Source: Utricularia gibba (lineage: Eukaryota; Plantae; Magnoliophyta). From it: a stretch of 64,000 nucleotides of DNA. Position numbers and translations under genes: made by a program. Location of the stretch: assembly GCA_002189035.1 (NCBI GenBank), contig CM007989.1:1054001-1118000 (forward strand), written 5' to 3'. The notes below the pieces were generated by a model that was given only the letters and a program-made list of their open reading frames with translations, was not told the DNA's origin and searched no databases. This document shows positions 63,557 through 64,000 of this stretch, in pieces (position 1 is the stretch's first letter; every line of letters begins with the position of its first letter).

Positions 63557-64000
63557 TCCGAATCCGTCGGCGTTCCTACCTCAATCCGAAACCAGAACGG
63601 AAAAAATGAAACCGCCAAATCAAGAGAATCCAATCAAATCCTCAACGAAATCGAGCCGATTCGCGGATCGACAATGAACTGGGAGACGTTTAACTCGTGA
63701 AACACGAGGGAGCAGAGGCGTGAACCGATTCTCGGGAAGCGCGCGATGAATGGAAAATGTGAAACCTCCGAAGCCGACACCCTCCGCCTCCGGAACTACA
63801 CCGTGCGAGTGGCTATACCCTCCCTAATCCCCCTAATCTCACTGTTATTTGGTAATAATTGGAGAGTAATGCAGCAGCGGCGGGGCTTGCGTCTCACGTC
63901 TCCCCATCCATGTGATTGCGGGCTGCTCATGGGATCGAATATATGTTATTGCAGCAGTTGTTTGGTGCAATTATTAATCATTATTATTTTGGTAAAAAGA

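Overview
Plant nuclear DNA from a gene-dense eudicot genome with short introns. A UGT88D-like N-terminus points to Lamiales (inference). I find about 17 protein-coding loci: RPS26, a CIPK11/14-type kinase, SNX2, NAA25, UBA1, DDB2, NPC1, PHS2, PHT4;3, plastid RPL4, a UGT88, an uncharacterised single-TM protein, ARFRP1, a FLA21-like protein, three tandem GT90/DUF821 genes and a PAE9-like gene. There is also a tRNA-Gly(GCC) and a MIR390 hairpin that the ORF track cannot show. Most notable: (1) both UGT88 paralogues carry His at the PSPG-box position that is Trp in glucosyltransferases and Arg in Lamiales glucuronosyltransferases; (2) a ~3.8 kb tandem duplication of the UGT/gene-X pair has apparently decayed reciprocally; (3) a 503 bp Ac/Ds-type hAT element has matching TIRs and a perfect 8 bp TSD; (4) a ~50-codon EXO70B relic sits at its expected syntenic site; (5) about 22 small frameshifts, almost all in G/C runs, break otherwise conserved genes and look like long-read consensus errors rather than pseudogenes. 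All coordinates were derived by hand. Family names and Arabidopsis locus IDs are from memory, not from database searches.
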